Below are positions 1 to 9,352 of a stretch of DNA of 45,047 nucleotides, piece by piece; positions within the stretch are counted from its first letter, which is position 1; every line of letters starts with the position of its first letter. Origin of the DNA: an uncultured Eubacteriales bacterium (lineage in GTDB: Bacteria; Bacillota; Clostridia; Lachnospirales; Lachnospiraceae); NCBI GenBank assembly GCA_900313535.1, contig OMRR01000158.1, positions 1 to 45,047 of the forward strand, in the 5' to 3' direction. The notes under the pieces are model-generated. The model ran no database searches, was not told the DNA's origin, and saw only the letters and a program-made list of their open reading frames with translations. The position numbers and the translations under genes are program-made.

Positions 1-1320
1 CTAGATGGACCACTTGCTTTAAAGATATTGATGTTTGCAATGCCTATAGCTATAACTAGTTCATTTCAACAATTATTTAATGCAGCGGATATTATAGTGT
101 GCGGAAAATTTGTTGGTAGTGTCGCATTAGCCGCTGTGGGAGCAAATTCACAAATACTCAATTTATTTATCACAGCTTTTCTTGGACTTGCAGTTGGTTC
201 AAATGTAATGATAGCAAATTACATTGGAGCAGGGAAAAATGAAAAGATTTACAATGTGGTGCATACATCTATGACCTTTTCTGTAGTTTTTGGACTATTA
301 TTTATGGTCATAGGATTATGTTTTTCAAAAAAGGTACTATTATTTCTTGGCACACCAGATGAAATCTTGATTCCAGCAACACTTTATTTGAGAGTATTGT
401 TTGTTGCGATGCCATTCTTGATTACTTATAATTTTGGTGCAGCTATACTTAGGAGTATAGGCGATACTAAGAGACCGCTCATTATTCTTACAATGACTGG
501 TGTACTAAACCTAGTGTTGAATGTGATATTTGTGGTAGTTTTTCAAATGGGAGTAGCGGGGGTAGCAATTGCTACAGCCATTTCAAATGCAGTTAGTTGT
601 ATAGTTGTAGTTGTCTTACTTGCCAAAGAACAAAGCGTGGTGCATTATGATATAAAGAAATGGATTATAGTACCCGATGCATTATTAAAAGTACTACGAA
701 TAGGTATCCCTTGTGCAATATCTGGCATGGTATTTTCTATATCAAATTTATGTATTCAGTCAGCTATAAATTCACTTGGTACGAAAACTATAGCCGCAAA
801 TACAGCAGCATTGAATGTAGAGTCATTTACATTTTATATCACAACTGCATTTAGTCAGGCCTGTCTTACATTTATGAGTCAAAACTTTGGTGCAGAAAAG
901 TTTGATAGATGTAAAATCATAGTTAGAGATTGTATATTGCTCGGTATGATTATCTGTGGAACTTTGATAGTGTTTCTTGAAATATTTGCAAATCAATTTT
1001 TATCAATATTTACAAATGACATAGAGGTAATAAACGTGGCAATCGTGAGACTTAGGATAGTTACCGCCTTAGCATTTATACAACCAATATATGAAGTACA
1101 TGGTTCAGCACTTAGAGTTTTAAAGCACCCATATATTCAGACAGTTGCAGTTATATTTGGTATAGTGGTTTTCAGACTTATATGGATATTGACTATATTC
1201 CCAAATTACAGCACTTTCCAAACTGTATGCGTGGTATATCCAATCTCGTGGTCTATACTTATAGTATTTATGTTTATAGCATATATGATTGTGCGTAGGA
1301 AAATGCTTAGGAAGCAGTAA
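1..1320 (+). CDS. MATE family efflux transporter (5' end lies upstream of the window)
   Basis: Frame 1 is open from base 1 (LDGPLALKIL precedes the first Met at 28). The sequence is hydrophobic and multi-TM throughout. The N-terminal PIAITSSFQQLFNAADIIVCGKFVGSVALAAVG pattern is typical of MatE/NorM proteins. Stop at 1318-1320. Confidence 0.85.
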   Translation, partial: LDGPLALKILMFAMPIAITSSFQQLFNAADIIVCGKFVGSVALAAVGANSQILNLFITAFLGLAVGSNVMIANYIGAGKNEKIYNVVHTSMTFSVVFGLLFMVIGLCFSKKVLLFLGTPDEILIPATLYLRVLFVAMPFLITYNFGAAILRSIGDTKRPLIILTMTGVLNLVLNVIFVVVFQMGVAGVAIATAISNAVSCIVVVVLLAKEQSVVHYDIKKWIIVPDALLKVLRIGIPCAISGMVFSISNLCIQSAINSLGTKTIAANTAALNVESFTFYITTAFSQACLTFMSQNFGAEKFDRCKIIVRDCILLGMIICGTLIVFLEIFANQFLSIFTNDIEVINVAIVRLRIVTALAFIQPIYEVHGSALRVLKHPYIQTVAVIFGIVVFRLIWILTIFPNYSTFQTVCVVYPISWSILIVFMFIAYMIVRRKMLRKQ

Positions 1321-1343
1321 AAATAGGCATATATATAATATAT

Positions 1344-1372
1344 TTGCCAAAGAGTGCTAATTATGATAAAAT
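1344..1372 (+). promoter_or_regulatory. sigma-A-type promoter candidate for the asp23-dak2 genes
   Basis: TTGCCA (1344-1349), 17-nt spacer, TGaTAAAAT extended -10 (hexamer 1367-1372). It lies about 30 nt upstream of the AGGAGG RBS and ATG 1401. Confidence 0.5.
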
Positions 1373-1400
1373 TAATAGATAGGAATTTTTAGGAGGCAGT

Positions 1401-1772
1401 ATGGCTAGTAAAATTGAAGAAGGTCATTATGAGACTCAATACGGCGAGATATTTATAAGTCCAAAAGTTATAGCAAAGACTGCAGGACTTGCAGCTTGCG
1501 AGAGTTTTGGTGTCGTTGGTATGGCAGCAGTTAATTTTGCAAATGGACTTACTACATTATTAACTGGTGAAGATTTGACTAAGGGTGTGGTTGTAGAGAT
1601 AGTTGATAATGAGGTAAAGATAGATTTGCATGTAATTGTGGCATTTTCTGTAAATATTAAGGCATGTTCAGATAATATTATAGAGAATGTAAAATACAAA
1701 GTTGAAGAATTGACCAGTTTAAAAATAAAAGAAATTAATATATTTGTAGAAGGTGTGAGGGTAATTGATTAA
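1401..1772 (+). CDS. Asp23/Gls24 family envelope-stress (alkaline shock) protein, YloU-like
   Basis: 123 aa with AGGAGG RBS. Size and the pattern (ISPKVIAKTAGLAA..VxGVVGM) fit the Asp23 family. Its position directly upstream of a DAK2 gene and recG matches yloU-yloV-recG synteny. Confidence 0.8.
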   Translation: MASKIEEGHYETQYGEIFISPKVIAKTAGLAACESFGVVGMAAVNFANGLTTLLTGEDLTKGVVVEIVDNEVKIDLHVIVAFSVNIKACSDNIIENVKYKVEELTSLKIKEINIFVEGVRVID

Positions 1773-1773
1773 A

Positions 1774-3441
1774 ATGGGAAGTGCAGCGAGATTAAAGGGG
1801 GCATTTCTTGCAGGTGCATCCCTTTTATATAAGAATAGAGATTATGTAAATGAGTTAAATGTATTTCCAGTTCCAGATGGAGATACAGGTACTAATATGT
1901 CAATGACACTTAAGTCAGCTTGCGATGCAGTAAATGCAGTTTCCGATGATAGCATTGAAGAAGTGTGCAAGGCTATAGCAAGTGGTTCACTTAGAGGTGC
2001 ACGTGGTAACTCAGGCGTTATAATGTCACAAATACTTAGAGGCTTTACAAATCACTTAAAAGATGAAAAGAGCATAAGTGTTGATTTGCTTTTAGAAGCA
2101 ATACAAAAAGCAAAGGATACAGCGTATAAAGCAGTTATAAAACCAAAAGAAGGCACCATACTTACAGTAATTAAGGCACTTGCTGAAAAAGCTGATGAAG
2201 TATCTGGAAGCAAAGATGATAATATAGCAAAACTTGAAAAAGTTGTTGCCTATGGAGATGAGATGCTCCAAAAGACTCCAGACATGTTACCTATACTTAA
2301 AGAAGCGGGAGTTGTTGATAGCGGTGGGCAGGGACTTATGTATTTTGCTCATGGTGTGTTGTCATATTTGAAAGGTGAAGAGGTTGAGATATCATTTACT
2401 GATAGTGCAGGTGGCAAATCATCAAATATTAATTTAAAGGTTGTAGAAGATCAAGACATTAAATTTGGATATTGTACTGAATGTATAGTTAATACTGCAA
2501 CCACGTTTAAAGATAATGCTACGGAGGAAATAATAAAGTATCTTGAAGGTATAGGTGATTCACTTGTAGTTGTAGGGGATGATCAGTATATTAAAATTCA
2601 TGTACACACAAATCATCCAGGTAGAGTTTTTGAAAAAGGCTTGGAATACGGTTTCTTAACTAATCTAAAAGTAGATAATTTAAGACTAGAGCATCAAGAG
2701 AAAGTTATAAAGGATGCAGAAAAGAAAGCAAAAGAATTTGCTGCAAACCATGAAGAAGAGAAGAAGGCACCAGTTAAGTTAAAGGATATAGGCTTTATAG
2801 CAGTATCAAGTGGAAAGGGACTTACCACACTCTTTAATGACCTTGGTTGTGATAAGGTAATAACTGGTGGACAGACTATGAATCCTTCTACTGAAGACTT
2901 TATAAATGCCATTAATGAAGTACATGCAAAGAAAATATTTATTTTCCCAAATAATTCCAATATAATAATGGCTGCGAAACAAGCAAAAGAAATAGTTAAA
3001 GATAAAGAGATATATGTAGTCGAGACAAAAAATGTAATACAAGGAATAAATTGTTTAATATATTATACTGAAAGCGACAATATGGATACTATAATGAATC
3101 AGTTTAAAGAGAGTATAGGAAATGTAAAGACAATCCAGACTACATATTCAATTAGAAATACAGTGATTGATGGCATAGATATAAAAGAGAATGATTATAT
3201 ATCACTTGGAGATAAAGGTCTATTATCTACAAATGCCGATATAGTAAAGAGTATTTCTGAAGCATTTGAAAAGATTCATGAAGATAAAGATTCAGTTATA
3301 TCTATATATTATGGCGAAGAAGTTACAGAAAGTGATGCCAATAAAATAAAAGATGAAATAAGTAAAAACTATAAAGATATAGAAGTAAATGTATATGAGG
3401 GCAATCAGCCAGTATATTATTATTATATATCAGTTGAGTAA
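1774..3441 (+). CDS. DAK2 domain-containing protein (YloV-like, DhaL-type N-terminal domain)
   Basis: PVPDGDTGTNM motif of DhaL/DAK2 domains; 555 aa. The ATG at 1774 follows the asp23 stop (1770-1772), so I prefer it to the TTG 1765 of the ORF track. Confidence 0.85.
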   Translation: MGSAARLKGAFLAGASLLYKNRDYVNELNVFPVPDGDTGTNMSMTLKSACDAVNAVSDDSIEEVCKAIASGSLRGARGNSGVIMSQILRGFTNHLKDEKSISVDLLLEAIQKAKDTAYKAVIKPKEGTILTVIKALAEKADEVSGSKDDNIAKLEKVVAYGDEMLQKTPDMLPILKEAGVVDSGGQGLMYFAHGVLSYLKGEEVEISFTDSAGGKSSNINLKVVEDQDIKFGYCTECIVNTATTFKDNATEEIIKYLEGIGDSLVVVGDDQYIKIHVHTNHPGRVFEKGLEYGFLTNLKVDNLRLEHQEKVIKDAEKKAKEFAANHEEEKKAPVKLKDIGFIAVSSGKGLTTLFNDLGCDKVITGGQTMNPSTEDFINAINEVHAKKIFIFPNNSNIIMAAKQAKEIVKDKEIYVVETKNVIQGINCLIYYTESDNMDTIMNQFKESIGNVKTIQTTYSIRNTVIDGIDIKENDYISLGDKGLLSTNADIVKSISEAFEKIHEDKDSVISIYYGEEVTESDANKIKDEISKNYKDIEVNVYEGNQPVYYYYISVE

Positions 3442-3447
3442 AAGGAT

Positions 3448-3476
3448 GGCGGACTAAAGTCCGCCTATTTAATTTT
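3448..3476 (+). terminator. intrinsic terminator-like hairpin abutting the recG start
   Basis: GGCGGAC (3448-3454), loop TAAA, GTCCGCC (3459-3465), followed by the T-rich TATTTAATTTT. The recG ATG is at 3477. Confidence 0.55.
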
Positions 3477-5582
3477 ATGGGAGAATTATTAAAACTAAAA
3501 GGAATCGGGCCAAAGACAGAAAAGTATTTTGAAAACCTTGACATTAAAAGTATCAAGGATTTAGTTTATTTTTTTCCAAGAGATTATGAGCAGTATGAGA
3601 AGCCGATAAATATAATAGACCTTGAAACGGGTAAAGTTTCAACTGTGTATGCGATGGTTCAGACAAAGCCTTCATTGTTTAGGAAGGGCAATATCTCAAT
3701 AACACATGTGTGGCTTGATGATGGAACTTCTAAAATTAGGGCATATTGGTTTAATATACCATTTATTAATAAATCTATAGCCTTAGGTCAAAGTTATATA
3801 TTTAGGGGTAAAGTTTCACAAGTTAAAAATGGAATTGCTTTTTCGCAGTGTAAGATATTTAAAAAAGATACATATGAAAGTTTTAAAGGAAATTTAAGTC
3901 CTATATATTCATTAACTAAAGGGCTTACAAATAATACTATTAAAAAAACTATTAAGGAATTACTAGATGATAAGGATATATGTAAAGATATATTTGAAGA
4001 ATATCTGCCGGAAAAAATTAGAAAAGAAAGAGAACTTTGTGATTTGTCATATGCATTTAATCATATACACTTTCCTCAAAATATGGATGATATGAGGATA
4101 GCTAGAAAAAGACTTGTATATGATGAGTTTTTTCTATTTTCATTTGCGATGTTATCAAATAAAGATAAGACAATAAAAAATGGAAGAGAAGAGTTAAAGA
4201 GTATTGATAAAAAATATCTCAAAGAGCTGATAGATAACTTGCCCTTTAAATTAACAAATGGTCAAAAAATAGTACTAAATGATATATTGAATGATTTGGA
4301 AAGTGGAAAGAAAATGAATCGCCTAATTGAAGGAGATGTCGGTTCTGGCAAAACCATAATTGCGATATTGTCAGCAATGTTAGTTGCAAAAAATGGGTTG
4401 CAAACTGGTTTCATGGCACCTACTGAGATATTAGCAGAGCAACATTTTGATTCGATTGTTCGCTTTGTCAAATCGAAAGAGGGTGTAGAAGAGAAACACT
4501 GTGAGTCATCGTCAATATATTCTAATGGGGGCATAACAGTTGCTTTGCTTACAGGAAATACAAAAGCAAAGGATAGAAAGATAATACTTGAAAAACTAAA
4601 GAATGGTAAAATTGATATATTGGTTGGAACACATGCACTATTTTCACAGGATGTAGTATATAAGGATTTAGCGCTTTGTATAATTGATGAGCAGCATAGA
4701 TTTGGAGTTAGTCAAAGGAAGGCATTTGAGGAGAGATCTAATAATGCAAATGTGTTAATAATGTCTGCAACTCCTATACCAAGAACTTTAGCAATGCTTA
4801 TATATGCAGATATGGACATAAGTAAACTTACCGATAAACCAAAGAATAGGTTGCCAATTAAAAACTATGTAGCAAATGTAAAAGAAAGAGAAAAGGCATA
4901 TAGATCAATAAAAAAACAGTTGGATATGGGACATCAAGTATATGTTATATGCCCGGCTATAGAAAAAAACGATGATGAAGATATAGGTAGTTTTGCAAAT
5001 TACCAAAATGTATATGAGTATGCTGAAAAACTTGTAACATTTTTTGGAAAGAGTGCAAAGATAGAAGTGCTACATGGTAAAATGAAATCAATTGAAAAGT
5101 ATGACATAATGCAAAGGTTTAAGAATGGTGATATACAGATATTGGTGTCTACTACAGTAGTTGAAGTAGGAGTTGATGTGCCTAATGCAACATTTATAAT
5201 GGTGGAAGATGCAGGTGCATTTGGACTTGCTGAGTTGCATCAACTTAGAGGTAGAGTAGGAAGAGGTGATGCACAAAGTTATGCATTATTTGTGGATACT
5301 ATGCCTACAGATAAATCGGCACAAAGATTAAAAGTGCTTGCGGATTCAAATGACGGTTTTTATATAGCAGAAGAGGATTTAAAACTGAGAGGACCTGGAG
5401 ATATTTTTGGAGTAAAACAGTCTGGTGCTATGGACTTTAAACTTGCAGATATGTATACAGATATAGGTTTATTCAGAAATGCAAGCGTGGATGCAAAAGA
5501 ATTTTTGGATAAGGGTATAAGAATCACAGATAATATGAAGCGAAAACTTGATGAGTATTTGAAACTTGGATTGGTTATCTAA
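3477..5582 (+). CDS. recG: ATP-dependent DNA helicase RecG
   Basis: 701 aa. Walker A GDVGSGKT, DEAH-type IIDEQHRFG, motif VI QLRGRVGRG, and N-terminal wedge-domain-like region LKGIGPKT..FFPRDY. Confidence 0.95.
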   Translation: MGELLKLKGIGPKTEKYFENLDIKSIKDLVYFFPRDYEQYEKPINIIDLETGKVSTVYAMVQTKPSLFRKGNISITHVWLDDGTSKIRAYWFNIPFINKSIALGQSYIFRGKVSQVKNGIAFSQCKIFKKDTYESFKGNLSPIYSLTKGLTNNTIKKTIKELLDDKDICKDIFEEYLPEKIRKERELCDLSYAFNHIHFPQNMDDMRIARKRLVYDEFFLFSFAMLSNKDKTIKNGREELKSIDKKYLKELIDNLPFKLTNGQKIVLNDILNDLESGKKMNRLIEGDVGSGKTIIAILSAMLVAKNGLQTGFMAPTEILAEQHFDSIVRFVKSKEGVEEKHCESSSIYSNGGITVALLTGNTKAKDRKIILEKLKNGKIDILVGTHALFSQDVVYKDLALCIIDEQHRFGVSQRKAFEERSNNANVLIMSATPIPRTLAMLIYADMDISKLTDKPKNRLPIKNYVANVKEREKAYRSIKKQLDMGHQVYVICPAIEKNDDEDIGSFANYQNVYEYAEKLVTFFGKSAKIEVLHGKMKSIEKYDIMQRFKNGDIQILVSTTVVEVGVDVPNATFIMVEDAGAFGLAELHQLRGRVGRGDAQSYALFVDTMPTDKSAQRLKVLADSNDGFYIAEEDLKLRGPGDIFGVKQSGAMDFKLADMYTDIGLFRNASVDAKEFLDKGIRITDNMKRKLDEYLKLGLVI

Positions 5583-5583
5583 T

Positions 5584-5617
5584 AAAAAGGGGCGGATACA
5601 ACCGCCCCTTTATTTTT
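5584..5617. terminator. bidirectional intrinsic terminator between convergent recG and the 5631-6539 gene
   Basis: GGGGCGG (5589-5595), loop ATACAA, CCGCCCC (5602-5608). It is flanked by an A-run upstream and a T-run downstream. Confidence 0.8.
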
Positions 5618-5630
5618 GATAAATTAAGTT

Positions 5631-6539
5631 TTATGAAAAAGAGTTTAACCAATCAATTATGCCTTGGTCTTGTTTTGACCATAGATATTGTTGAAATGTT
5701 TCAAATGTCAATTCTTCTATAAGTTGTTGATTGCTATTATAGATATACATTGTTTCTGGTGACCATGTTGGCAATACACCTTTTGTAGCTTCGCCAGATA
5801 TTACATCTTTTGAAAATAAGTCAACAGCAGACAGTTTATACGGTGAGTGCTTTTCGTCAAGATCTAATAAATAAATCTTTGCATCTGGTGTCCCTGCAGT
5901 AGTAGTAGCACCATTTGTGAAATATGCCACATTGGCATTTGGGTATAAATCTTTAATGCTTATTTTTTTAATTTGATTAAGCTTATCACTTATCTTTTGA
6001 GCTTCTTTTTTGTAATCTGATAAGATTTTATTAATTTCATCTTTTTCACATTTTTTTCCTTTGTAATAGAAACCACTTGGATACTTTGCATATTTAGAGT
6101 ATGGGCCTCCTTCAACAAGCTTACCTTTTTCGTTTGCATTTTCAAATTTAATATGTGACTCATTGCTAGCTGCACTTTTAGGTAGGTGTACGAGTATAGG
6201 ATGCAAGTCATGCAAATTAGTATTGATATTGAAATTTTGCATATCATAAATTAGATCATCATACGTGTAATTGTCATTTTTAAGTTTTGAAAAAATATAT
6301 ATTCTACTTGTGCCATTTCCACTTAATAAATCTTTTTCACTTACATTACTTATGTCACCTGTATAGTTATCAATAAATACTATAAATTCATTTTTCCAAT
6401 AATTGTAATATGGATTTATATTTTTTACATATATTTTTTCATTTGAATTATTATTTTCAGCATAAGAAATGCCTTTAATATTAAAAAGCAATCCAAATAT
6501 CATTAGAATACAAATTAATCGCTTATTCATTTTACTCAT
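5631..6539 (-). CDS. hypothetical secreted protein (signal peptide, Asn/Tyr-rich), function unknown
   Basis: ORF 5631-6566. AAAGGAG precedes the internal ATG at 6539, giving MSKMNKRLICILMIFGLLFNIKGISYA as a signal-peptide-like N-terminus. I recognise no family motif. Confidence 0.6.
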   Translation of the reverse strand: MSKMNKRLICILMIFGLLFNIKGISYAENNNSNEKIYVKNINPYYNYWKNEFIVFIDNYTGDISNVSEKDLLSGNGTSRIYIFSKLKNDNYTYDDLIYDMQNFNINTNLHDLHPILVHLPKSAASNESHIKFENANEKGKLVEGGPYSKYAKYPSGFYYKGKKCEKDEINKILSDYKKEAQKISDKLNQIKKISIKDLYPNANVAYFTNGATTTAGTPDAKIYLLDLDEKHSPYKLSAVDLFSKDVISGEATKGVLPTWSPETMYIYNSNQQLIEELTFETFQQYLWSKQDQGIIDWLNSFS

Positions 6540-6590
6540 TCTACTCCTTTTGCTCCCCACCGGCATATATTATAGCACACTTTGCAATTC

Positions 6591-6619
6591 TTGACTATAA
6601 TATAATGATTTAGTAAAAT
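6591..6619 (+). promoter_or_regulatory. sigma-A-type promoter for rsmD-coaD
   Basis: TTGACT (6591-6596), 17-nt spacer, TAAAAT (6614-6619). The GTG start is only 8 nt downstream (6628) and there is no SD. Confidence 0.55.
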
Positions 6620-6627
6620 ATATATTT

Positions 6628-7182
6628 GTGAGAGTAATAGCGGGTGAAAAAAGGCATTTATTGTTAAAAACATTGGATGATTTATCTATAAGGCCAACAA
6701 CAGACAAGATTAAGGAAACCTTGTTTAATATGATTCAGTTTGATATACTTGGAAAGAGTTTTCTTGATTTGTTTGCTGGCTCTGGTGCCATAGGCATAGA
6801 AGCTTTGAGTCGAGGTGCTAAAAGTGCTACATTTGTTGACAATAATGATAGAGCTATAAAGGTGATCAAAGAGAACCTTGAGCATACGGGATTAAGCGAC
6901 AGGGCATCGGTAATAAAAGGTGATGCAAGTTTGTCACTTGAAAATTTATCAAGGAAGAATGAAGTATATGATATAGTGTTTATGGATCCGCCTTATGACA
7001 AGGGCTTATATTTGCCAGTGTTTGAAAGATTGGCAAAGAGTAATTTGATTAACAATGATACTATATTGATACTTGAAGTTGGACTTAAAGATGATGCAAT
7101 CGGAGTTACTGACATGGGCTTTAAAGAGATAAAAGTGAAGAAATATAAAAGTAACAAGCATATATTTTTCAAAAAAGCGTAG
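6628..7182 (+). CDS. rsmD: 16S rRNA (guanine966-N2)-methyltransferase RsmD
   Basis: 184 aa. SAM-binding DLFAGSGAIGIEALSRGA and the DPPY motif (FMDPPYDKG). It sits upstream of coaD, the conserved pairing. Confidence 0.9.
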   Translation: MRVIAGEKRHLLLKTLDDLSIRPTTDKIKETLFNMIQFDILGKSFLDLFAGSGAIGIEALSRGAKSATFVDNNDRAIKVIKENLEHTGLSDRASVIKGDASLSLENLSRKNEVYDIVFMDPPYDKGLYLPVFERLAKSNLINNDTILILEVGLKDDAIGVTDMGFKEIKVKKYKSNKHIFFKKA

Positions 7183-7190
7183 GAGATATC

Positions 7191-7676
7191 ATGAGAACAA
7201 GTATTTATCCAGGTTCATTTGATCCAATTACATACGGGCATATAGATATTATAGATAGAGCATCTAAGATTACTGATAAATTAATAGTCGCAGTCCTTAA
7301 TAATGATGAAAAAAAATCACTATTCACTATGGAAGAAAGGATAGAGATGATTAAAGATGCTGTCAAAGATTATAAAAATGTAGAGGTGGAAAGCTTTGGA
7401 GGATTACTTGTAGATTATGTGAAAGAGAAAGGTGCAAATATAATAATAAGAGGACTTAGAGCAGTAACTGATTTTGAATATGAATTGCAACTTGCTCAGA
7501 CAAATAGAGAACTGTATAAGGATATAGATACTATATTTATGCTTACAAATTTACAGTATTCTTATCTATCATCAAGTATAGTCAAACAAGTAGCATCATA
7601 TAAGGGGGATATAAGCAAGTTTGTAACGCCTTTTGTAGCTAAAAAACTGGGTCAAAAGTATGGTAATATTGTTTAA
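7191..7676 (+). CDS. coaD: phosphopantetheine adenylyltransferase
   Basis: 161 aa. N-terminal YPGSFDPITYGHIDII nucleotidyltransferase (T/HxGH) motif; GGAG RBS. Confidence 0.95.
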   Translation: MRTSIYPGSFDPITYGHIDIIDRASKITDKLIVAVLNNDEKKSLFTMEERIEMIKDAVKDYKNVEVESFGGLLVDYVKEKGANIIIRGLRAVTDFEYELQLAQTNRELYKDIDTIFMLTNLQYSYLSSSIVKQVASYKGDISKFVTPFVAKKLGQKYGNIV

Positions 7677-7684
7677 TTGATATG

Positions 7685-7713
7685 TTGGATTATTACTAAA
7701 AAAGTGCTATAAT
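7685..7713 (+). promoter_or_regulatory. sigma-A-type promoter candidate for the 7741 gene
   Basis: TTGGAT (7685-7690), 17-nt spacer, TGcTATAAT extended -10 (hexamer 7708-7713). Confidence 0.5.
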
Positions 7714-7740
7714 AGTAAGGTTGAGTATAAAGGAGTAAAG

Positions 7741-8340
7741 ATGGCAATAAGTAATTTAGAAACAATAATAGATAATATCGAACAGATGATTGAGAATGTT
7801 CGCCCTGATACAAGAGGAAGGGTTATGCTTCCTAAAGATACTTTGCGTCAACTTGTAGGTGAACTTAAGACTTCAATCCCAGATGAGATTAAGAGATACA
7901 ATGAGAAAACAAGAGAACTTGAGCAATCAAAAAATAGAGAATTAGAACAAGCTCGTCACAATGCTGAGAGAATAATGAACGAAGCAAATGAAATGAAAGA
8001 TAGGATGCTTAATGAAAGTGAGCAAATAAAATTAGCCGAGCAACGTTCAAAAGAAATAATTGAAGAAGCTATGAGAAGAGCAAATGAGATAATGGCAAAT
8101 GCTGAGGTGGGTGCAAATCAATTACATGAAAGAGCCATTAATGAGTATGATGATTCGCTTAGATTTATGATTAATTTCGTACAAAATCTTGGAAATGATG
8201 TGAGTGGCATAATGAATGCTCAACTTCAAAGTTTAAGTAATAAGTTAAATGAAATTGTAAATACTAGAAATGAATTACAAAATGGTATAGCAAAATCACA
8301 AATGCAAGATAATGGCTTTAGCCGTCCTGCATGGGGTTAG
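7741..8340 (+). CDS. hypothetical coiled-coil protein (Glu/Arg/Asn-rich; resembles ATPase stalk-subunit-like coiled coils)
   Basis: 199 aa with AAAGGAG RBS. It has long heptad-like charged helices (ELEQSKNRELEQARHNAERIMNEANEM...). No catalytic motif seen. Confidence 0.5.
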   Translation: MAISNLETIIDNIEQMIENVRPDTRGRVMLPKDTLRQLVGELKTSIPDEIKRYNEKTRELEQSKNRELEQARHNAERIMNEANEMKDRMLNESEQIKLAEQRSKEIIEEAMRRANEIMANAEVGANQLHERAINEYDDSLRFMINFVQNLGNDVSGIMNAQLQSLSNKLNEIVNTRNELQNGIAKSQMQDNGFSRPAWG

Positions 8341-9321
8341 ATGAAAGAGATAATTATTAGCAAAACTGAAGATGGCATGCGACTTAATAAGTATTTACAT
8401 AAAGTGTTTGATAGTATGCCAGAGAGTTTACTGTATAAATTGCTTAGAAAAAAGTATTTTGAGTTAAATGATAAAAAATCGGAAGGGAATGAAATACTAA
8501 AAGCTGGAGACCGCCTTTCTATTTTTTTGTCTGATGATACATTTGAGAAGTTTTATAAAGGAAGTGTTAGCACTCAGAGTAAAAGCAGTGGTATAGATTG
8601 TAAAAGCATAGTAGAAAGAATTGTTTATGAAGATTCAAATATTATAATTTTCAACAAGCCAGTAGGTATGCTTTCGCAAGGTGACAAAAGCAATGATGAA
8701 TCAGCAAATTCATTGCTTAAGGATTACACTAACTGCAAAGTAAATGAGACAGGTAATGTAGATATATTTAAACCATCTATTGTAAATAGACTAGATAGAA
8801 ATACAGAGGGGTTATTAATATTTGCAAAGACATATATTGCAGCAGCAGCAATATCAAAGCAGATTCAGAGCAATGAAATACTGAAAAAATATAAGGCCAT
8901 AATAAATGGCGTTATGCAGAAAGATAGGGAAGAATTAGTAAATTTGTATAGGAAAGACGATAAGACTAATAAAGCAATAATCAAAGAATTAATAAATGAA
9001 AATAATATACCTGATGGATATGATATAGTAAAACTTATATACAATGTAGTTAAGCAAAATAAAGATAATGCAGTTTTAGATGTAGAATTAATTACTGGTA
9101 AATCACATCAGATAAGGGCGCAACTTTCATATATAGGGCATCCAATAATATGTGACAAAAAATATATGAGCGCAGAAAAATATAGACAGAATGTAGAAGA
9201 ATATGGTTATAAATCACAAAGGTTAATTTGTTATAAAGTAAAATTTGGAAAATTTGAAAATGAAAATCTTAAAAATTTATCTAATAAGATTTTTGAAATT
9301 GACTGCAAAGAGTATAAATAG
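8341..9321 (+). CDS. RluA-family pseudouridine synthase with N-terminal S4 domain
   Basis: Catalytic RLDRNTEGLLIFAK motif and GKSHQIRAQL motif; S4-like N-terminus (RLNKYL...). The ATG directly follows the upstream TAG. Confidence 0.85.
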   Translation: MKEIIISKTEDGMRLNKYLHKVFDSMPESLLYKLLRKKYFELNDKKSEGNEILKAGDRLSIFLSDDTFEKFYKGSVSTQSKSSGIDCKSIVERIVYEDSNIIIFNKPVGMLSQGDKSNDESANSLLKDYTNCKVNETGNVDIFKPSIVNRLDRNTEGLLIFAKTYIAAAAISKQIQSNEILKKYKAIINGVMQKDREELVNLYRKDDKTNKAIIKELINENNIPDGYDIVKLIYNVVKQNKDNAVLDVELITGKSHQIRAQLSYIGHPIICDKKYMSAEKYRQNVEEYGYKSQRLICYKVKFGKFENENLKNLSNKIFEIDCKEYK

Positions 9322-9352
9322 AAATTAAGTATAATTGATTTGGGAGAGTAGA

